Below, piece by piece: positions 43,025 to 53,429 of a stretch of DNA of 64,000 nt. The DNA comes from Polyangia bacterium (lineage in GTDB: Bacteria > Myxococcota_A > Polyangia > JAAYKL01). The stretch lies in contig JAWOBP010000156.1 of NCBI GenBank assembly GCA_046484285.1, positions 2,518-66,517 of the forward strand, read 5' to 3'. The first letter of the stretch is position 1. Each line of letters begins with the position of its first letter. A program made the translations under genes and the position numbers. The notes beneath the pieces were generated by a model, which worked only from the letters and a program-made list of their open reading frames with translations, had not been told where the DNA came from and did no database searches.

Positions 43025-44410
43025 ATGGGTCCCGATCCGCGACGCAACAAGGGAGGCTCTCCCGCGCTCACCGGCGTGGGAGATACCGCTGTCACCTACG
43101 AGCGGGACGGCTCCTTGCTGGTCGAGGAGTCGCGCGTGCAGCTGCACGTCTGCGAGGGGGCCGACGAGGGAAAGACCGGCGTGCTCCCGGACGAGGGAGC
43201 CGTGGTCGGCACCTCCTCCGAGGCGGGCTTCCGGCTGAGCGATCACTCGGTCTCGCGGCGCCACGTGCAGCTGGAGCCGGTCGCGGGCGGCATTCGCGTC
43301 AAGGACCTGGGCAGCACCAACGGCACGCTCGCCGGCGGCAACCGGATCAGCGAGGCGGTCGTGCCGCCGGGCACCACGCTGGTGCTGGGCGAGACGCGGC
43401 TCGACCTGGTGCGCGTCGTCGAGCGCACCCCGCTGCCGCTCTCCCGGCGGCGCAGGTTCGGCGAGCTGATCGGCTCCTCGGCGGCGATGCGGCAGGTCTA
43501 CGCGCTGCTCGAGCTGGCCTCCGAGGTGGACGTGACCGTGCTGATCGAGGGCGAGACCGGAACCGGCAAGGAGCTGGCCGCGCGGGCGATTCACGGCCAC
43601 TCCCCGCGCTCGGCGAACGCCTTCCAGATCGTCGACTGCGGCGCGGTCTCGCCGACCCTGATCGAGGCCGAGCTGTTCGGCCACGTGCGGGGCGCGTTCA
43701 CCGGCGCCGATCGCGACCGGGCCGGCGCCTTCGAGCTGGCCCACCAGGGCACGCTCTTCTTCGACGAGATCGGAGAGCTGCCGCTCGGCCTGCAGCCCAA
43801 GCTGCTGCGCGCGCTGGAGACCCGCGAGGTGCGCCGCATCGGCGGCTCGACGCGCATCCCGGTCGACGTGCGCTTCGTGGCCGCGACCAACCGCGACCTG
43901 GCCGAGGAGGTGCGCCGCGGGCGTTTCCGCGAGGACCTCTACTACAGGCTCAACGTCTTTCGCGTGACCATGCCGCCGCTGCGCGAGCACCGCGAGGACA
44001 TCCAGCTCTTGGCCGAGCATTTCCTCGCTCCGCTCGGCCAGGGCGCTCTCTCTGCGGAGCTGCTGGATCGCATGCGGCAGCTCGACTGGCCGGGAAACGT
44101 GCGCGAGCTGCGCAACGCGGTGGAGCGCGCGGTCGTGCTGGCCAGGGGCGAGCGGGGAGCCGAGGCGGAAGCGGGCGCGGGCGGGAAGGCCCCCTGCCAC
44201 GAGCACGACGAGCCGCTCCACGTGGACGCCTCGCGGCCGTTCAAGGAGGTCAAGGCCGAGATGGTCTCGCACTTCGAGCGCGACTACATCGAGCAGGTGC
44301 TGGAGCGCACCGGCGGCAACATCTCGGCGGCGGCGCGCGAGGCCGGCATCGATCGCAAGCACATGGAGCGCCTGGTTCGCAAACACGGCATCGAGATCGA
44401 ACGGCGGTAG
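43025..44410 (+). CDS. sigma-54-dependent transcriptional activator with N-terminal FHA domain
   Basis: FHA signature ([22 protein letters not shown]...GSTNGT); AAA+ sigma54 module [33 protein letters not shown]; C-terminal Fis-type HTH. Confidence 0.8.
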   Translation: MGPDPRRNKGGSPALTGVGDTAVTYERDGSLLVEESRVQLHVCEGADEGKTGVLPDEGAVVGTSSEAGFRLSDHSVSRRHVQLEPVAGGIRVKDLGSTNGTLAGGNRISEAVVPPGTTLVLGETRLDLVRVVERTPLPLSRRRRFGELIGSSAAMRQVYALLELASEVDVTVLIEGETGTGKELAARAIHGHSPRSANAFQIVDCGAVSPTLIEAELFGHVRGAFTGADRDRAGAFELAHQGTLFFDEIGELPLGLQPKLLRALETREVRRIGGSTRIPVDVRFVAATNRDLAEEVRRGRFREDLYYRLNVFRVTMPPLREHREDIQLLAEHFLAPLGQGALSAELLDRMRQLDWPGNVRELRNAVERAVVLARGERGAEAEAGAGGKAPCHEHDEPLHVDASRPFKEVKAEMVSHFERDYIEQVLERTGGNISAAAREAGIDRKHMERLVRKHGIEIERR

Positions 44411-44415
44411 AAGAG

Positions 44416-44985
44416 ATGTACAGGGAAAAAGCGCTCGAGATTCTGCGAGAGCACAACCCCTACGGCGAGCCGCTGGAGAACCACTGCCTGCGGGTCGCGG
44501 AGCTGACGCTGGCGCTGGGCGAGCACCGCGGCGTGGCGGTCGACGAGGACCTGGTCTTCGCGATCGCCTACCTGCACGACCTGGGGCTCTGCGTCGAAAG
44601 TCGTTCGCCGGCGAGCTACCTGGTCCGCGGTCTGGAGGTCGCCCGGCCGCACGCCGAGAGCTGGGGCCTGGACGAGGGGCAGCTCCAGACCTTCGAGGAC
44701 GGGATGCTCTACAACCACTCGCTCGCCGGAGTGGACGGCATCTCGCCGACAGGCGACCTGATCCGCCGCGCGGTCCAGGTGGAGCACAGCCTGGGCGCGA
44801 TCTCCCACGGGCTGCCGCGGCGCGAGGTCGAGCAGGTGCTGGCGCGCCACCCCCGCCGCGGCTTCGAACGCGTGCTGCTCGCCTTTGCAAAGAAGGCGGT
44901 GCTGGAGGACGGTCCGGCCGAGGTGCTGAGGATCTTCTTCCCCACCGGCCTCGGCCCCCTGAAGGCCCTGCGCGGGCCGGGCTGA
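44416..44985 (+). CDS. HD-domain protein
   Basis: H...HD pattern (HCLRVAEL...AYLHDLG) in a 189-aa protein; 5 nt after the regulator stop. Confidence 0.55.
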   Translation: MYREKALEILREHNPYGEPLENHCLRVAELTLALGEHRGVAVDEDLVFAIAYLHDLGLCVESRSPASYLVRGLEVARPHAESWGLDEGQLQTFEDGMLYNHSLAGVDGISPTGDLIRRAVQVEHSLGAISHGLPRREVEQVLARHPRRGFERVLLAFAKKAVLEDGPAEVLRIFFPTGLGPLKALRGPG

Positions 44986-45127
44986 GCGCGCGGACGTCTC
45001 GACCCCGCTGCCTGTTACTGCGAAAGCCTTTGCTTGCGAAAGAAAGCAAACGAAAAAACTGGCAGCCGGGCGGCGGTGGTACTACGGTGGCGGCGAGCCG
45101 GATCCGCGCCCGGCGGAGGAGGTCGCG

Positions 45128-46312
45128 ATGCGTCGAGTCAGCCGCAAGGCGGAGCAGATGCCGCCTTTTCTGGTGATGGAGGTGCTGGAGCGGGCCGGCG
45201 AGCTGGAGCGGGCCGGCGAGTCGATCGTGCATTTGGAGATCGGCGAGCCCGACTTCGACACGCCCGAGGTGGTGCGCGAGGCCGGAATCAAGGCGCTGCG
45301 CGACGGTCACACCCACTACACCCACTCGCTGGGCCGGATCGAGCTGCGCGAGGCGATCGCCGCCTGGACGCGGCGCCGCTACGGGCTGGAGGTCTCGCCC
45401 GAGCGAGTCGTGGTCACGCTGGGCAGCTCCGGGGCGATGCTGATGACCTACGCCGCGATCCTGGAGCCCGGCGACCGCGTGCTGATGACCGATCCCTGCT
45501 ACGCCTGCTACCCCAACTTCGTCAGCGCCTGCAACGCGGAGTCGGTGCGGCTGCCGGTGCGCGAGCAGGACGGCTTCCAATTCTCGCCCGACGACGTGCG
45601 AAAAGAGGTGGGACGCGGGGCGAGCGCGCTGCTGCTCAACTCACCGGCCAACCCTACCGGGATCGTCACCTCGCCCGAGCGGATGCGAGAGATCGCAGAG
45701 GAGACGCGCGGTCGCGTGCAGCTGATCTCGGACGAGATCTACCACGGCCTGACTTACGGCGAGCAGGCCCGCAGCGCGCTGGAGCTCGATCCGGACGCGG
45801 TGGTGGTCAGCGGCTTTTCCAAGCTGTTCGCGATGACCGGCTGGCGCCTGGGCTGGGCGATTTTGCCCGCGCACCTGGTGCGGCCGGTGCAGAAGCTCCA
45901 GCAGAACCTGATGATCTCGGCCCCGGACTACGCCCAGCTGGCCGGCGTGGTCGCGCTGGAGGAGGCCGACGACGACATCGAGCGGATGCGGCGCTGCTAC
46001 GACGAGCGGCGGCGGCTGGTGCTGGACCGCCTGGCCGAGATGGGGCTCGAGGTGCTGGTCGAGCCGACCGGGGCTTTCTACGTCTTCTTCAACGTCTCGC
46101 GCTACACCGGCGACGTCTACTCCTTCGCCTTTCGCCTGCTGGAGGAGGCCGGCGTGGCGCTGACCCCGGGAGTCGACTTCGGGCCCCACGGCGAGGGGTT
46201 CCTGCGGCTTTCCTACGCCAACTCGCTGGAGAACCTCGCCGAGGGGATGGACCGCTTGCAGCGTTTTCTGGCAAGCGTCGACCGAGTTGCGAGTCGACCC
46301 GCTCCGGCGTAG
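45128..46312 (+). CDS. class I/II PLP-dependent aminotransferase
   Basis: NSPANPTG, SGFSKLFAMTGWRLGW (PLP lysine), ~394 aa AAT-like fold. Confidence 0.8.
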   Translation: MRRVSRKAEQMPPFLVMEVLERAGELERAGESIVHLEIGEPDFDTPEVVREAGIKALRDGHTHYTHSLGRIELREAIAAWTRRRYGLEVSPERVVVTLGSSGAMLMTYAAILEPGDRVLMTDPCYACYPNFVSACNAESVRLPVREQDGFQFSPDDVRKEVGRGASALLLNSPANPTGIVTSPERMREIAEETRGRVQLISDEIYHGLTYGEQARSALELDPDAVVVSGFSKLFAMTGWRLGWAILPAHLVRPVQKLQQNLMISAPDYAQLAGVVALEEADDDIERMRRCYDERRRLVLDRLAEMGLEVLVEPTGAFYVFFNVSRYTGDVYSFAFRLLEEAGVALTPGVDFGPHGEGFLRLSYANSLENLAEGMDRLQRFLASVDRVASRPAPA

Positions 46313-46342
46313 AGTGATCGCGACGCTGCGAGGAGGGCGGGC

Positions 46343-46909
46343 GTGACCATCTTCGGCTTCATCCTGGTCCACCTGCTGGCCGGCGCCTCGGTGGCGTGGG
46401 CTGCGCGGGTGCAGATCCGCAACTTGCAGCGCCCGATCTTCGCCAATCGCTACTTCAGCGCGCTGATGCTGTTCGAGGCCGCGGTGCTGCTGCCCGAGGG
46501 CATCTACTTTTTGGCCTTCTACCCCGACTGGGCCTGGATGTACCTGCTCGACTCGCGAACCGTGCCGCTGGCGGTCGACGCGATGGCGCTGGTCGCGATG
46601 CCGGCCACGGCCACGATGGGCTTCATCGTCGGCTACTTCTCGGCGCGCAGCAACTCCGACTGGGTGACGCTGATGGTGATCGCCTTCGGCCTGGCCGGGC
46701 TGCTGGGGATGTTCGTCGTGGCGCGGGACAAGCTGCTGTGGGTCGGCAACTTCGAGCAGTACCACCGTGGTGTCGGCCTGGAGCCGCTGCAGTCCACCTC
46801 GCTGCTGGCCTCGCTGGTTCTCGGCTGGTGCGGCGCGGGCGTGTGCTGGGTCTACCTGGTCTACCGCTTCTCGCGCGAGGGCCGGCTCTCTGCTCGGTCC
46901 GGAGCGTGA
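46343..46909 (+). CDS. hypothetical integral membrane protein
   Basis: Five to six hydrophobic helices in 188 aa. Confidence 0.5.
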   Translation: MTIFGFILVHLLAGASVAWAARVQIRNLQRPIFANRYFSALMLFEAAVLLPEGIYFLAFYPDWAWMYLLDSRTVPLAVDAMALVAMPATATMGFIVGYFSARSNSDWVTLMVIAFGLAGLLGMFVVARDKLLWVGNFEQYHRGVGLEPLQSTSLLASLVLGWCGAGVCWVYLVYRFSREGRLSARSGA

Positions 46910-46923
46910 GCGGGAGCGGCGCC

Positions 46924-47970
46924 GTGTCCGCCACCCGCGCCGAAGCCCTCCTCGCCGCCCTGCGGCGGCCGGACGGACCGTTCCCCCGCGTGGAGCTGGG
47001 CCGCTGGCCGACCCCGGTCGAGCCGGTCGATATCCGTACCGGCGACCACACCGCGCGAGTCTGGATCAAGCGCGACGATCTCTCCTCGAGCGTCTACGGC
47101 GGCAACAAGGTGCGCAAGCTGGAGTACCTGCTGTTCGGCCCGCGCCGCGCGGTGATCACGGCCGGCGCCCGCGGCTCGCACCATTTGCTGGCAACCGCGC
47201 TGCACGCCCGCGCGCTGGGGCGGCCCAGCATCGGGATCGTGCTGGCCGATCGGCCCCGTACCACCCACGCCGACGCGGTGCACGAGCTGGTGCTGCGCTT
47301 CTGCGATCGCGTCGTCCCGCTCGAGCACTCGCCGAGCGCCATGCTAGAAACCGCGGCTGGGCTGGCCGGTGCCGCGCGGCTGTCGCTGGCCTCCCGCGGA
47401 GCAACGGCGATCCCACCCGGCGCCTCCACGCCTCTGGGAACCCTGGGCTACGTGGCGGGCGGCCTCGAGATCGCCCTCCAGGCCGCGAGGGGTGGCTGCC
47501 CGCCGCCGGCGGTCGTCTACACCGCGCTGGGCACGGGCGGCACCGCCGCCGGGCTGGCGCTGGGGCTGGCCCTGGCCGGACTGCGCACGAGGGTGGTCGC
47601 GGTGCGCGTCGCCACGCGCCTGGTGGGAAATCGACTTTACCTGCGAGCGCTGGCCGATCGCACCCTGGCGTTGCTGCGCCGCGCCGGGCTGGTGCGAAAC
47701 AGACCGCGGCCGCGCATCGAGGTCGACCACCGCTTCGTCGGAGCGGGCTACGGCCATCCCACACCGGCCTCCCGGCGGGCGATTCGCGCCGCGGCAGAGT
47801 CCTGCTCCGCCGATTTCGAGACCACCTACACCGGCAAGGCGCTGGCCGCGCTGCTGGCCGACAGTGCCGGCGCGCCCGCCTCGCAGCCGCGGATGTTCCT
47901 TGACACCTACGGCCCCATCGAAGATCTGGACAGGGGTTCGCATGAGGCGCTCGGAGGTGAACCGCGATGA
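46924..47970 (+). CDS. PLP-dependent ACC deaminase / D-cysteine desulfhydrase-family protein
   Basis: WIKRDDLSSSVYGGNKVRKLEYLL (PLP-Lys in GNKxRKLE) signature of the ACC-deaminase/DcyD family; GTG start in frame of ORF 46396..47970. Confidence 0.7.
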   Translation: MSATRAEALLAALRRPDGPFPRVELGRWPTPVEPVDIRTGDHTARVWIKRDDLSSSVYGGNKVRKLEYLLFGPRRAVITAGARGSHHLLATALHARALGRPSIGIVLADRPRTTHADAVHELVLRFCDRVVPLEHSPSAMLETAAGLAGAARLSLASRGATAIPPGASTPLGTLGYVAGGLEIALQAARGGCPPPAVVYTALGTGGTAAGLALGLALAGLRTRVVAVRVATRLVGNRLYLRALADRTLALLRRAGLVRNRPRPRIEVDHRFVGAGYGHPTPASRRAIRAAAESCSADFETTYTGKALAALLADSAGAPASQPRMFLDTYGPIEDLDRGSHEALGGEPR

Positions 47971-49004
47971 GCGACGAGCTGCAGGAACGAATCACCGCCG
48001 CGGTGCGGCGTCGTCTCGAGCGCGTCTTCGACGAGGCCTGCGCCTGCGAGCCGAGCGGTCTGTTCCCTCCGCCCGCCGGGTCGCTGCCGCTCGAGCAGGC
48101 TCGCGAGCTGACGCTGCGCTCGGGCAAGAGGCTGCGCGCCGTGCTGCTGGTCTGCGGCGCGGCTCTGTTCGACCGGGACGCCGATCGAAAGGCGGCCGTG
48201 ATCGACGCCGCGGCCGCGCTGGAGCTGCTGCACACTTACTTCCTGATCCACGACGATATCATGGACGAAGACGCCACCCGGCGCGGAGGCCCGTCGGCGC
48301 ACGTGGCGCTCGCGAGGCAAACGGGAGACGACAAGCTCGGCCGCGACCTGGCGATCCTGGCCGGCGATCTGGCGGTCGCCCTGCACGAGCAGCTGGTCGC
48401 CGGGCTGGAGGTGGACGAAGCGCGCCGCCGCACGACCGCACGCGTCTTCTCCGAGATGCATTTCGACGTCGTCCACGGCCAGACGCTCGACATGCTCGGC
48501 GGCTCCGACGCCGAGGAGGTGGCCAGCCGCAAGACCGCCAGCTACACGACCGTGGGGCCACTGGTCGCCGGCGCGGCGCTGGCCGGAGCGGGAGAGGAAC
48601 GCTTTTCGCAGCTGGCCGAGCTGGCGCGCCCGCTGGGCGTGGCCTTCCAGCTCCGAGACGACCTGCTGGGGGTCTTCGGCCTGCCCGAGGTGACCGGCAA
48701 GCCGGTGGGCACCGACCTGCGTCTGGGCAAGCGCACCTACGTGATCCAGGAGGCCCTGCGGCGCGCCTCGGCAAAGTGTGCCGCGACGATCGAAAGCGTG
48801 CTCGGGGACGGGTCGGCACCCGCCTCCGCGATCGGCGAGGTCGGCGCGCTGCTGGAGGAGATCGGCGCGCGCTCGGCCTGCGAGGAGCGGATCGAGCGGC
48901 TGGTGGGCGGCGCTCTCGAGCGGCTGGAGAGCGAGAGCTACCTGGACGAGGGCAAACGACTGCTGGCGCACGTCGGCGAGCGGCTGGCCAGGAGAATATC
49001 TTGA
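47967..49004 (+). CDS. polyprenyl (geranylgeranyl/farnesyl) diphosphate synthase
   Basis: First DDxxD (LIHDDIMDED) and second DDxxD (FQLRDDLLG) motifs; 345 aa. Confidence 0.8.
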   Translation: MSDELQERITAAVRRRLERVFDEACACEPSGLFPPPAGSLPLEQARELTLRSGKRLRAVLLVCGAALFDRDADRKAAVIDAAAALELLHTYFLIHDDIMDEDATRRGGPSAHVALARQTGDDKLGRDLAILAGDLAVALHEQLVAGLEVDEARRRTTARVFSEMHFDVVHGQTLDMLGGSDAEEVASRKTASYTTVGPLVAGAALAGAGEERFSQLAELARPLGVAFQLRDDLLGVFGLPEVTGKPVGTDLRLGKRTYVIQEALRRASAKCAATIESVLGDGSAPASAIGEVGALLEEIGARSACEERIERLVGGALERLESESYLDEGKRLLAHVGERLARRIS

Positions 49005-49897
49005 GCGGCGAGGCGGTCGGCCGCGCCGCGGGCAAGGCGATCCTGCTCGGGGAGCACGCGGTGGTCCACGGCGAGCCGGCGCTGGCAGCCGCGCTCCCGA
49101 TCGGAGTCGAGGCCGCCGCCCGCCCCGCTGCCGGTCCGCTCGCGGTCCACGTCTCGAGCTGGGACTACCGCGCCGCGATCGGCGACGGCTCGGAGGGAGG
49201 TCGCGCGCTCGAGGCGCTGGCCCTCTCGCTCGGGCTCGAACCGCGGGGCGTCGCGCTGGAAGCGCTGGCCGAGGTGCCGCCGCGGGCCGGCCTCGGGTCG
49301 TCCGCCGCGCTGGCAGCGGCCGCCGCCCGCGGGCTGATCGCGCTGGCCGGAGCCGATCCCGGCGAGGCGAAGCTGTTCGAGGCCGTCCAGGCCTCGGAGC
49401 GCGTCTTTCACGGCAACCCGTCCGGTCTCGACGCCGCCGTGGCGCTGCGCGGCGGTCTGCTGCGCTTTCGCCGCGGCGCCGAGCCGCTCGCGCTGGAGGC
49501 CGCCGTGCCGCCGCTGGTAATCTGCCATTCCGGCGAGCCCGGCCGCACGCGACTGGCGGTTGAAGCCTTCGCCCGCCGCCTGGAGTCGAGCGCGGAGGCG
49601 AAGCAAAGACTGGCGCGGATCGGAGAGCTGGTCTCAGCCGGCGAGGAGTCGCTGCTCGGCGGCGACCTCGTCTCCCTGGGGCGAGCGATCAACGAGAACC
49701 ACGAGCAGCTCGCCTGGTTCGGCGTCTCCACGCCCGCGCTCGACCGCATCTGCTCAGTGGCCCGAGAGCTGGGAGCCCTGGGAGCCAAGCTGACCGGCGG
49801 AGGCGCCGGCGGCTGCGCGATCGCGCTGGTCGAGCCGCAGCGACGCGCGAGGCTCGCGGCCGAGCTGGCCGCCGCCGGAGTGGAGGTGGTGAGGTGA
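49001..49897 (+). CDS. mvk: mevalonate kinase
   Basis: GHMP kinase: GKAILLGEHAVVHG N-terminal motif, PRAGLGSSAA ATP-binding motif; TTG start after AGGAG. Confidence 0.7.
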   Translation: MSGEAVGRAAGKAILLGEHAVVHGEPALAAALPIGVEAAARPAAGPLAVHVSSWDYRAAIGDGSEGGRALEALALSLGLEPRGVALEALAEVPPRAGLGSSAALAAAAARGLIALAGADPGEAKLFEAVQASERVFHGNPSGLDAAVALRGGLLRFRRGAEPLALEAAVPPLVICHSGEPGRTRLAVEAFARRLESSAEAKQRLARIGELVSAGEESLLGGDLVSLGRAINENHEQLAWFGVSTPALDRICSVARELGALGAKLTGGGAGGCAIALVEPQRRARLAAELAAAGVEVVR

Positions 49898-50823
49898 GGG
49901 GATCGTTGCTGGCCAGCGCTCCGGGCAAGCTGTTCCTCTCCGGCGAGTACGCGGTGCTGAGCGGCGCCCCGGCCGTGGTCACCGCGGTCGACCGGCGGGC
50001 AATGGCCTACGCCGCGAAGACGGCGCCCCCGCCCTCCCCGGTGCTCGCAGCGGTGCGCCGGGAGGTGGCGCGCCATTTCGGCGTCGCCGGCCCCGGCCAG
50101 CTGCCGTTGGTGCGGGTCGACACCTCCGAGCTGAGCCTCGGCCGGCGCAAGCTCGGCCTGGGCTCTTCCGCCGCGACCGCGGTCGCGGCCACGGCCGCGT
50201 TGCTCGCGCTAGGGGGCGCCGGCGAGCTCGGCGCCGGCGAATTGCTGGCGCTGGCGGGCGCCGCCCACCGGAGCGCCCAGCGAGGTCGCGGATCCGGAGC
50301 CGACGTGGCAGCCGCCGTCTACGGCGGGACGCTGGAGTTCTCGGCCGAGCGCGAGCCGCGGCCGCTGGAGCTGCGCGGAATCGAGCCGGTCTTCGCCTGG
50401 ACCGGGGTCGAGGCCTCGACCGCCGAGCTGCTCGCGGCCGTCGAGCGCCTCGCCGGACGGGACCCGGCCGCGCACCGCGACCTCGTCGCGCGGCTCGAGA
50501 GAGAGGCCCGCGATCTGGCCGGGGCCTACCGCGCCGGCGATGCCGCGGGCGTGATCGCCTCCTCGGCGCGTTACCGCGAGCTGATGGAGGAGCTGGGGCG
50601 CGCGGCCGGCGTCGCGATCGTGACCGCCGCCCACCGCCGGGCGGCCGAAATCGCGGAAGGGCTGGGGGGGACGGCCAAGCCGTCCGGCGCGGGAGGCGGC
50701 GACTGCGCGGTGGCGCTCTTCGCGGAAAAGAAAGCGGCCCAGAGCTTCCGCCGCGAGTGCCGCGCCGCCGGTCTCGAGCCGCTGGATCTGCGCCCGAGCG
50801 CGGCCGGCGCGACGATCGGATAG
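49894..50823 (+). CDS. phosphomevalonate kinase (GHMP family)
   Basis: APGKLFLSGEYAVL N-terminus and GLGSSAA motif typical of ERG8/MvaK2-type PMK. Confidence 0.65.
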   Translation: MRGSLLASAPGKLFLSGEYAVLSGAPAVVTAVDRRAMAYAAKTAPPPSPVLAAVRREVARHFGVAGPGQLPLVRVDTSELSLGRRKLGLGSSAATAVAATAALLALGGAGELGAGELLALAGAAHRSAQRGRGSGADVAAAVYGGTLEFSAEREPRPLELRGIEPVFAWTGVEASTAELLAAVERLAGRDPAAHRDLVARLEREARDLAGAYRAGDAAGVIASSARYRELMEELGRAAGVAIVTAAHRRAAEIAEGLGGTAKPSGAGGGDCAVALFAEKKAAQSFRRECRAAGLEPLDLRPSAAGATIG

Positions 50824-50863
50824 GCCTCGGGGAGCAAGAGGCGAGTCCTGCGCCTTGGGACAG

Positions 50864-51808
50864 CTACGCGCGACTCGGGATCGGCCGGTTTCGCGCGGGG
50901 GCTGCTCTTTCGCGGCGCATGCGCTCCACGTACATCCCGCAGTTGGACCCGATCTCGTTTTCCCGCAGGTCTCCGATCGACAAGATCGTCTCGTAGCCGA
51001 GCGACTCGAAGCTCTCGACCGCGGCGCGGCAGGCGTCCTCGTCGGCCGGATCGATCGCGCCGACCAGGCCGGAGCGACTCGCTGCGGCGGTGGGGTTGAT
51101 CGGAGTCAGCTTGACCAGGAAGCGCTCCGGGGAGAACAGCGGCGCCAGGATATCGGGCTCGAGCGGCAAACCGAGCGCCGGCGCGAAGTTGAGTGATATC
51201 TTGCGATCGCCGCTTTCGAAGAACCGATCGCCGCAGGCGGCGATCCGCTCCAGCGGCCAGGTCCGGATCGGCACCAGCCTGCGGCGCGCTTCGGGGCAGG
51301 TGGTGTGCACCGAGAACTGCATCTGGAAACGCCCCCCGCCGTACAGCTCGCGCTTGACCCGCTCCAGCTCGGAGAACCAGCGCTCCCTGCCGACCGGAGC
51401 CACCGTCGAGATGCAGGGCATCAGCCCCGGCAGCCCCAGCCCGGGCAGATCCTCGAGCGCGGCGATCACCTCGTCGTTGAGCGCCGGCTCGCCCATCCGC
51501 GCGAGCTGGACCTTGACCCGCTTCGAGATCACCTCCCCGCTCGGAAAACGACTGGCGACCAGCGCCCGCACCTGGTCCAGGATCTCCTCGCGCGTCAGCC
51601 TGCCCCTGTAGTCGCCGCCCGCGTCGCAGATCGGACAGCCGACAGGACAGCCCTTGAGCGTCGAGACGATCAGCACCCACTTCTCCTCGCGCCTCAGCGG
51701 AGGCTGGATCGACTCGACGAACTCCACCCGCGAGCCGTCGTCCAGCTCGCCGACGAAGACGCGGGCCAGCTCCTCGTTCCCGCTCGCGTCTACCACCTCG
51801 AGGCTCAT
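50864..51808 (-). CDS. radical SAM enzyme, RlmN/Cfr-like core without the N-terminal RNA-binding domain
   Basis: CPVGCPIC (CX3CX2C); segment-by-segment colinearity with RlmN (…STLKGC..C.IC.AGG..R.LT.EEI..QV… MGEP… SVHT… C-terminal NCGMY matching the methyl-carrier Cys region) but only 314 aa and Ile at the position of RlmN Cys118. Confidence 0.65.
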   Translation of the reverse strand: MSLEVVDASGNEELARVFVGELDDGSRVEFVESIQPPLRREEKWVLIVSTLKGCPVGCPICDAGGDYRGRLTREEILDQVRALVASRFPSGEVISKRVKVQLARMGEPALNDEVIAALEDLPGLGLPGLMPCISTVAPVGRERWFSELERVKRELYGGGRFQMQFSVHTTCPEARRRLVPIRTWPLERIAACGDRFFESGDRKISLNFAPALGLPLEPDILAPLFSPERFLVKLTPINPTAAASRSGLVGAIDPADEDACRAAVESFESLGYETILSIGDLRENEIGSNCGMYVERMRRERAAPARNRPIPSRA

Positions 51809-52713
51809 CGTCTCTCCTCCTCTCCCAGCACCAGCCGCACCGCGCGCGCGGCGGCTTGCAGCCCGTCGCCCACGGCGATCCCGGCCTGACCCAGCGAGCC
51901 CAGCCGCGCGTCGCCGCAGACCAGCAGCCCCAAACGCGGCTCCAGCGGCAGCGGCCCGCCTTCCCCGCGCAGCGCCGGAACCAGTCGCCCCAGCGCGGCG
52001 CGGCGCCCCAGCGCGGCCAGCAGCGCATCGACCTCAAGCAGCTCTTCGCCCGCGGGTGTCTCGACGTACAGCGCCGCTCCGCCCGCGACCGGCTCGAGGC
52101 GTCTCACCCGGCAGCGGGTGCGCAGCCGGGCCCTCGGCTCGCGGGAGAGCAGCTCGGCCAGCCGGCCGCCGGCGCGCGGCCGGTCGGCGCGCACCAGCAC
52201 GGAGACCTCGGCGCCGGCCTCGGCCAGCGCCAGCGCGCCGTCGAACGCCGCCTCGCCCCCGCCGATCACCGCCGCGCGGCGCGGCCGGGGAAACTCCTCC
52301 AGCAGCTCGCGCGCCCCTCGAAAGACGCGATCCGCCGTTTTCTCGAGACCGCCGACGCGCAGCGGCAGCGGCTCGGTTCCGGTGCACACCAGCGCGCAGC
52401 GAGCCCGCAGCTCCCCGCGCTCGGTGCGGGCGATCCAGCGATCGCCTTCCGGCTCGATCCGCGCCAGCTCCGACCGTTCCACCGAAACGTCGAAGCGCGC
52501 CAGGTGCTCGGCGAGACGGACGGCGAAGTCCGCTCCTCGCAGCGGGTGCTCCGGTCCCGGGTAGTTCTCCACCAGCCAGGCTCCGGCCACCAGACCGCCG
52601 GCGGCTCCGCTGCGATCGATCAGCACGGGCCGCACTCCGAGCCGCGCGCACTGCACCGCCGCGGAACAGCCGGCCGGACCCGCGCCGACGATCAGGATCG
52701 ACGTCTCGCGCAC
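51805..52713 (-). CDS. thioredoxin-reductase-like FAD/NAD(P)-binding oxidoreductase (no CxxC)
   Basis: GTG start (aa 143 of ORF 51805..53139); two dinucleotide-binding motifs ILIVGAGPAGCSAA and AAVIGGGEAAFDGAL; 302 aa; overlaps rSAM start by 4 nt. Confidence 0.65.
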   Translation of the reverse strand: MRETSILIVGAGPAGCSAAVQCARLGVRPVLIDRSGAAGGLVAGAWLVENYPGPEHPLRGADFAVRLAEHLARFDVSVERSELARIEPEGDRWIARTERGELRARCALVCTGTEPLPLRVGGLEKTADRVFRGARELLEEFPRPRRAAVIGGGEAAFDGALALAEAGAEVSVLVRADRPRAGGRLAELLSREPRARLRTRCRVRRLEPVAGGAALYVETPAGEELLEVDALLAALGRRAALGRLVPALRGEGGPLPLEPRLGLLVCGDARLGSLGQAGIAVGDGLQAAARAVRLVLGEEERR

Positions 52714-53366
52714 GACTCCAGCACCTCGTCGACGCTCAGCACCACCGCCACCGCGTCGGCCATCGACCGCAGCGAGGCGACGTGCAGCTCCTCGTTGCGC
52801 GAGGCGGTGGCGTCGGCCGCCACGTAGACCTCGAAGCCGCGGCAAAACGCGGAGCGGGCGGTTGTCTCGCAGCACATGTGGGTCAGAACTCCGCTGATCA
52901 GCACCTGCTCGATCTCCCGGTCGCGCAGGATCGACTCCAGGGGTGTCGACAGGAAGGCGTCGTAGGTCGTCTTGCCCACGACCGGCTCGTCCTCGAGGGG
53001 GGCCAGCCTCTCGACGATCTCGGCCTGTGGGTCGCGGGCGTCGAGGAAGCCTCCGAAAAAGCGCCCCAGCATCCCGGCGTCCCGTTCGCCCTCGTGGCCG
53101 TGCCTGGTGAACGCGACCGTCGATCCCAGCCCGCGCCACGCCGAGAGCAGCTCGGCGATGCGGGGCACGGCCGCGCCCGCGGCCGGCAGGTAGCAGGCGC
53201 CCGCCGGATCGGCGAAGTAGCGGTTGGCGTCGATCACCACAAGCGCGCAGCGGGCGGGATCGAGGCGCAAGCGGGGCCGGGGGGCGGTCTGCTTTCTAAT
53301 CTCTGCCAGCCAGCTTCCGACGCGCTTTTCGCGGTCGGCGTCGGTGATGTAGCTCTCGGTGCGCAT
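52692..53366 (-). CDS. isochorismatase-family (cysteine) hydrolase
   Basis: Start MRTESYITDAD (aa 61 of ORF); ALVVIDANRYF, VVGKTTYDAF and catalytic-Cys region VLISGVLTHMCCETTARSAF. Confidence 0.7.
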   Translation of the reverse strand: MRTESYITDADREKRVGSWLAEIRKQTAPRPRLRLDPARCALVVIDANRYFADPAGACYLPAAGAAVPRIAELLSAWRGLGSTVAFTRHGHEGERDAGMLGRFFGGFLDARDPQAEIVERLAPLEDEPVVGKTTYDAFLSTPLESILRDREIEQVLISGVLTHMCCETTARSAFCRGFEVYVAADATASRNEELHVASLRSMADAVAVVLSVDEVLESCARRRS

Positions 53367-53429
53367 CGCGGCGTCCACCCCCAAAAACGCGCGCAATCCT
53401 ACGCCCACGAGACCCGGCAGGCAAGCTCG

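Noticed and set aside
43025-44985. Sigma-54 promoters (TGGCAC-N5-TTGC) near the FHA-sigma54 activator
   Set aside because: The few TGGCAC occurrences (e.g. ~250, ~1905, ~20207, inside the MITE) lack a correctly spaced TTGC/-12 element.
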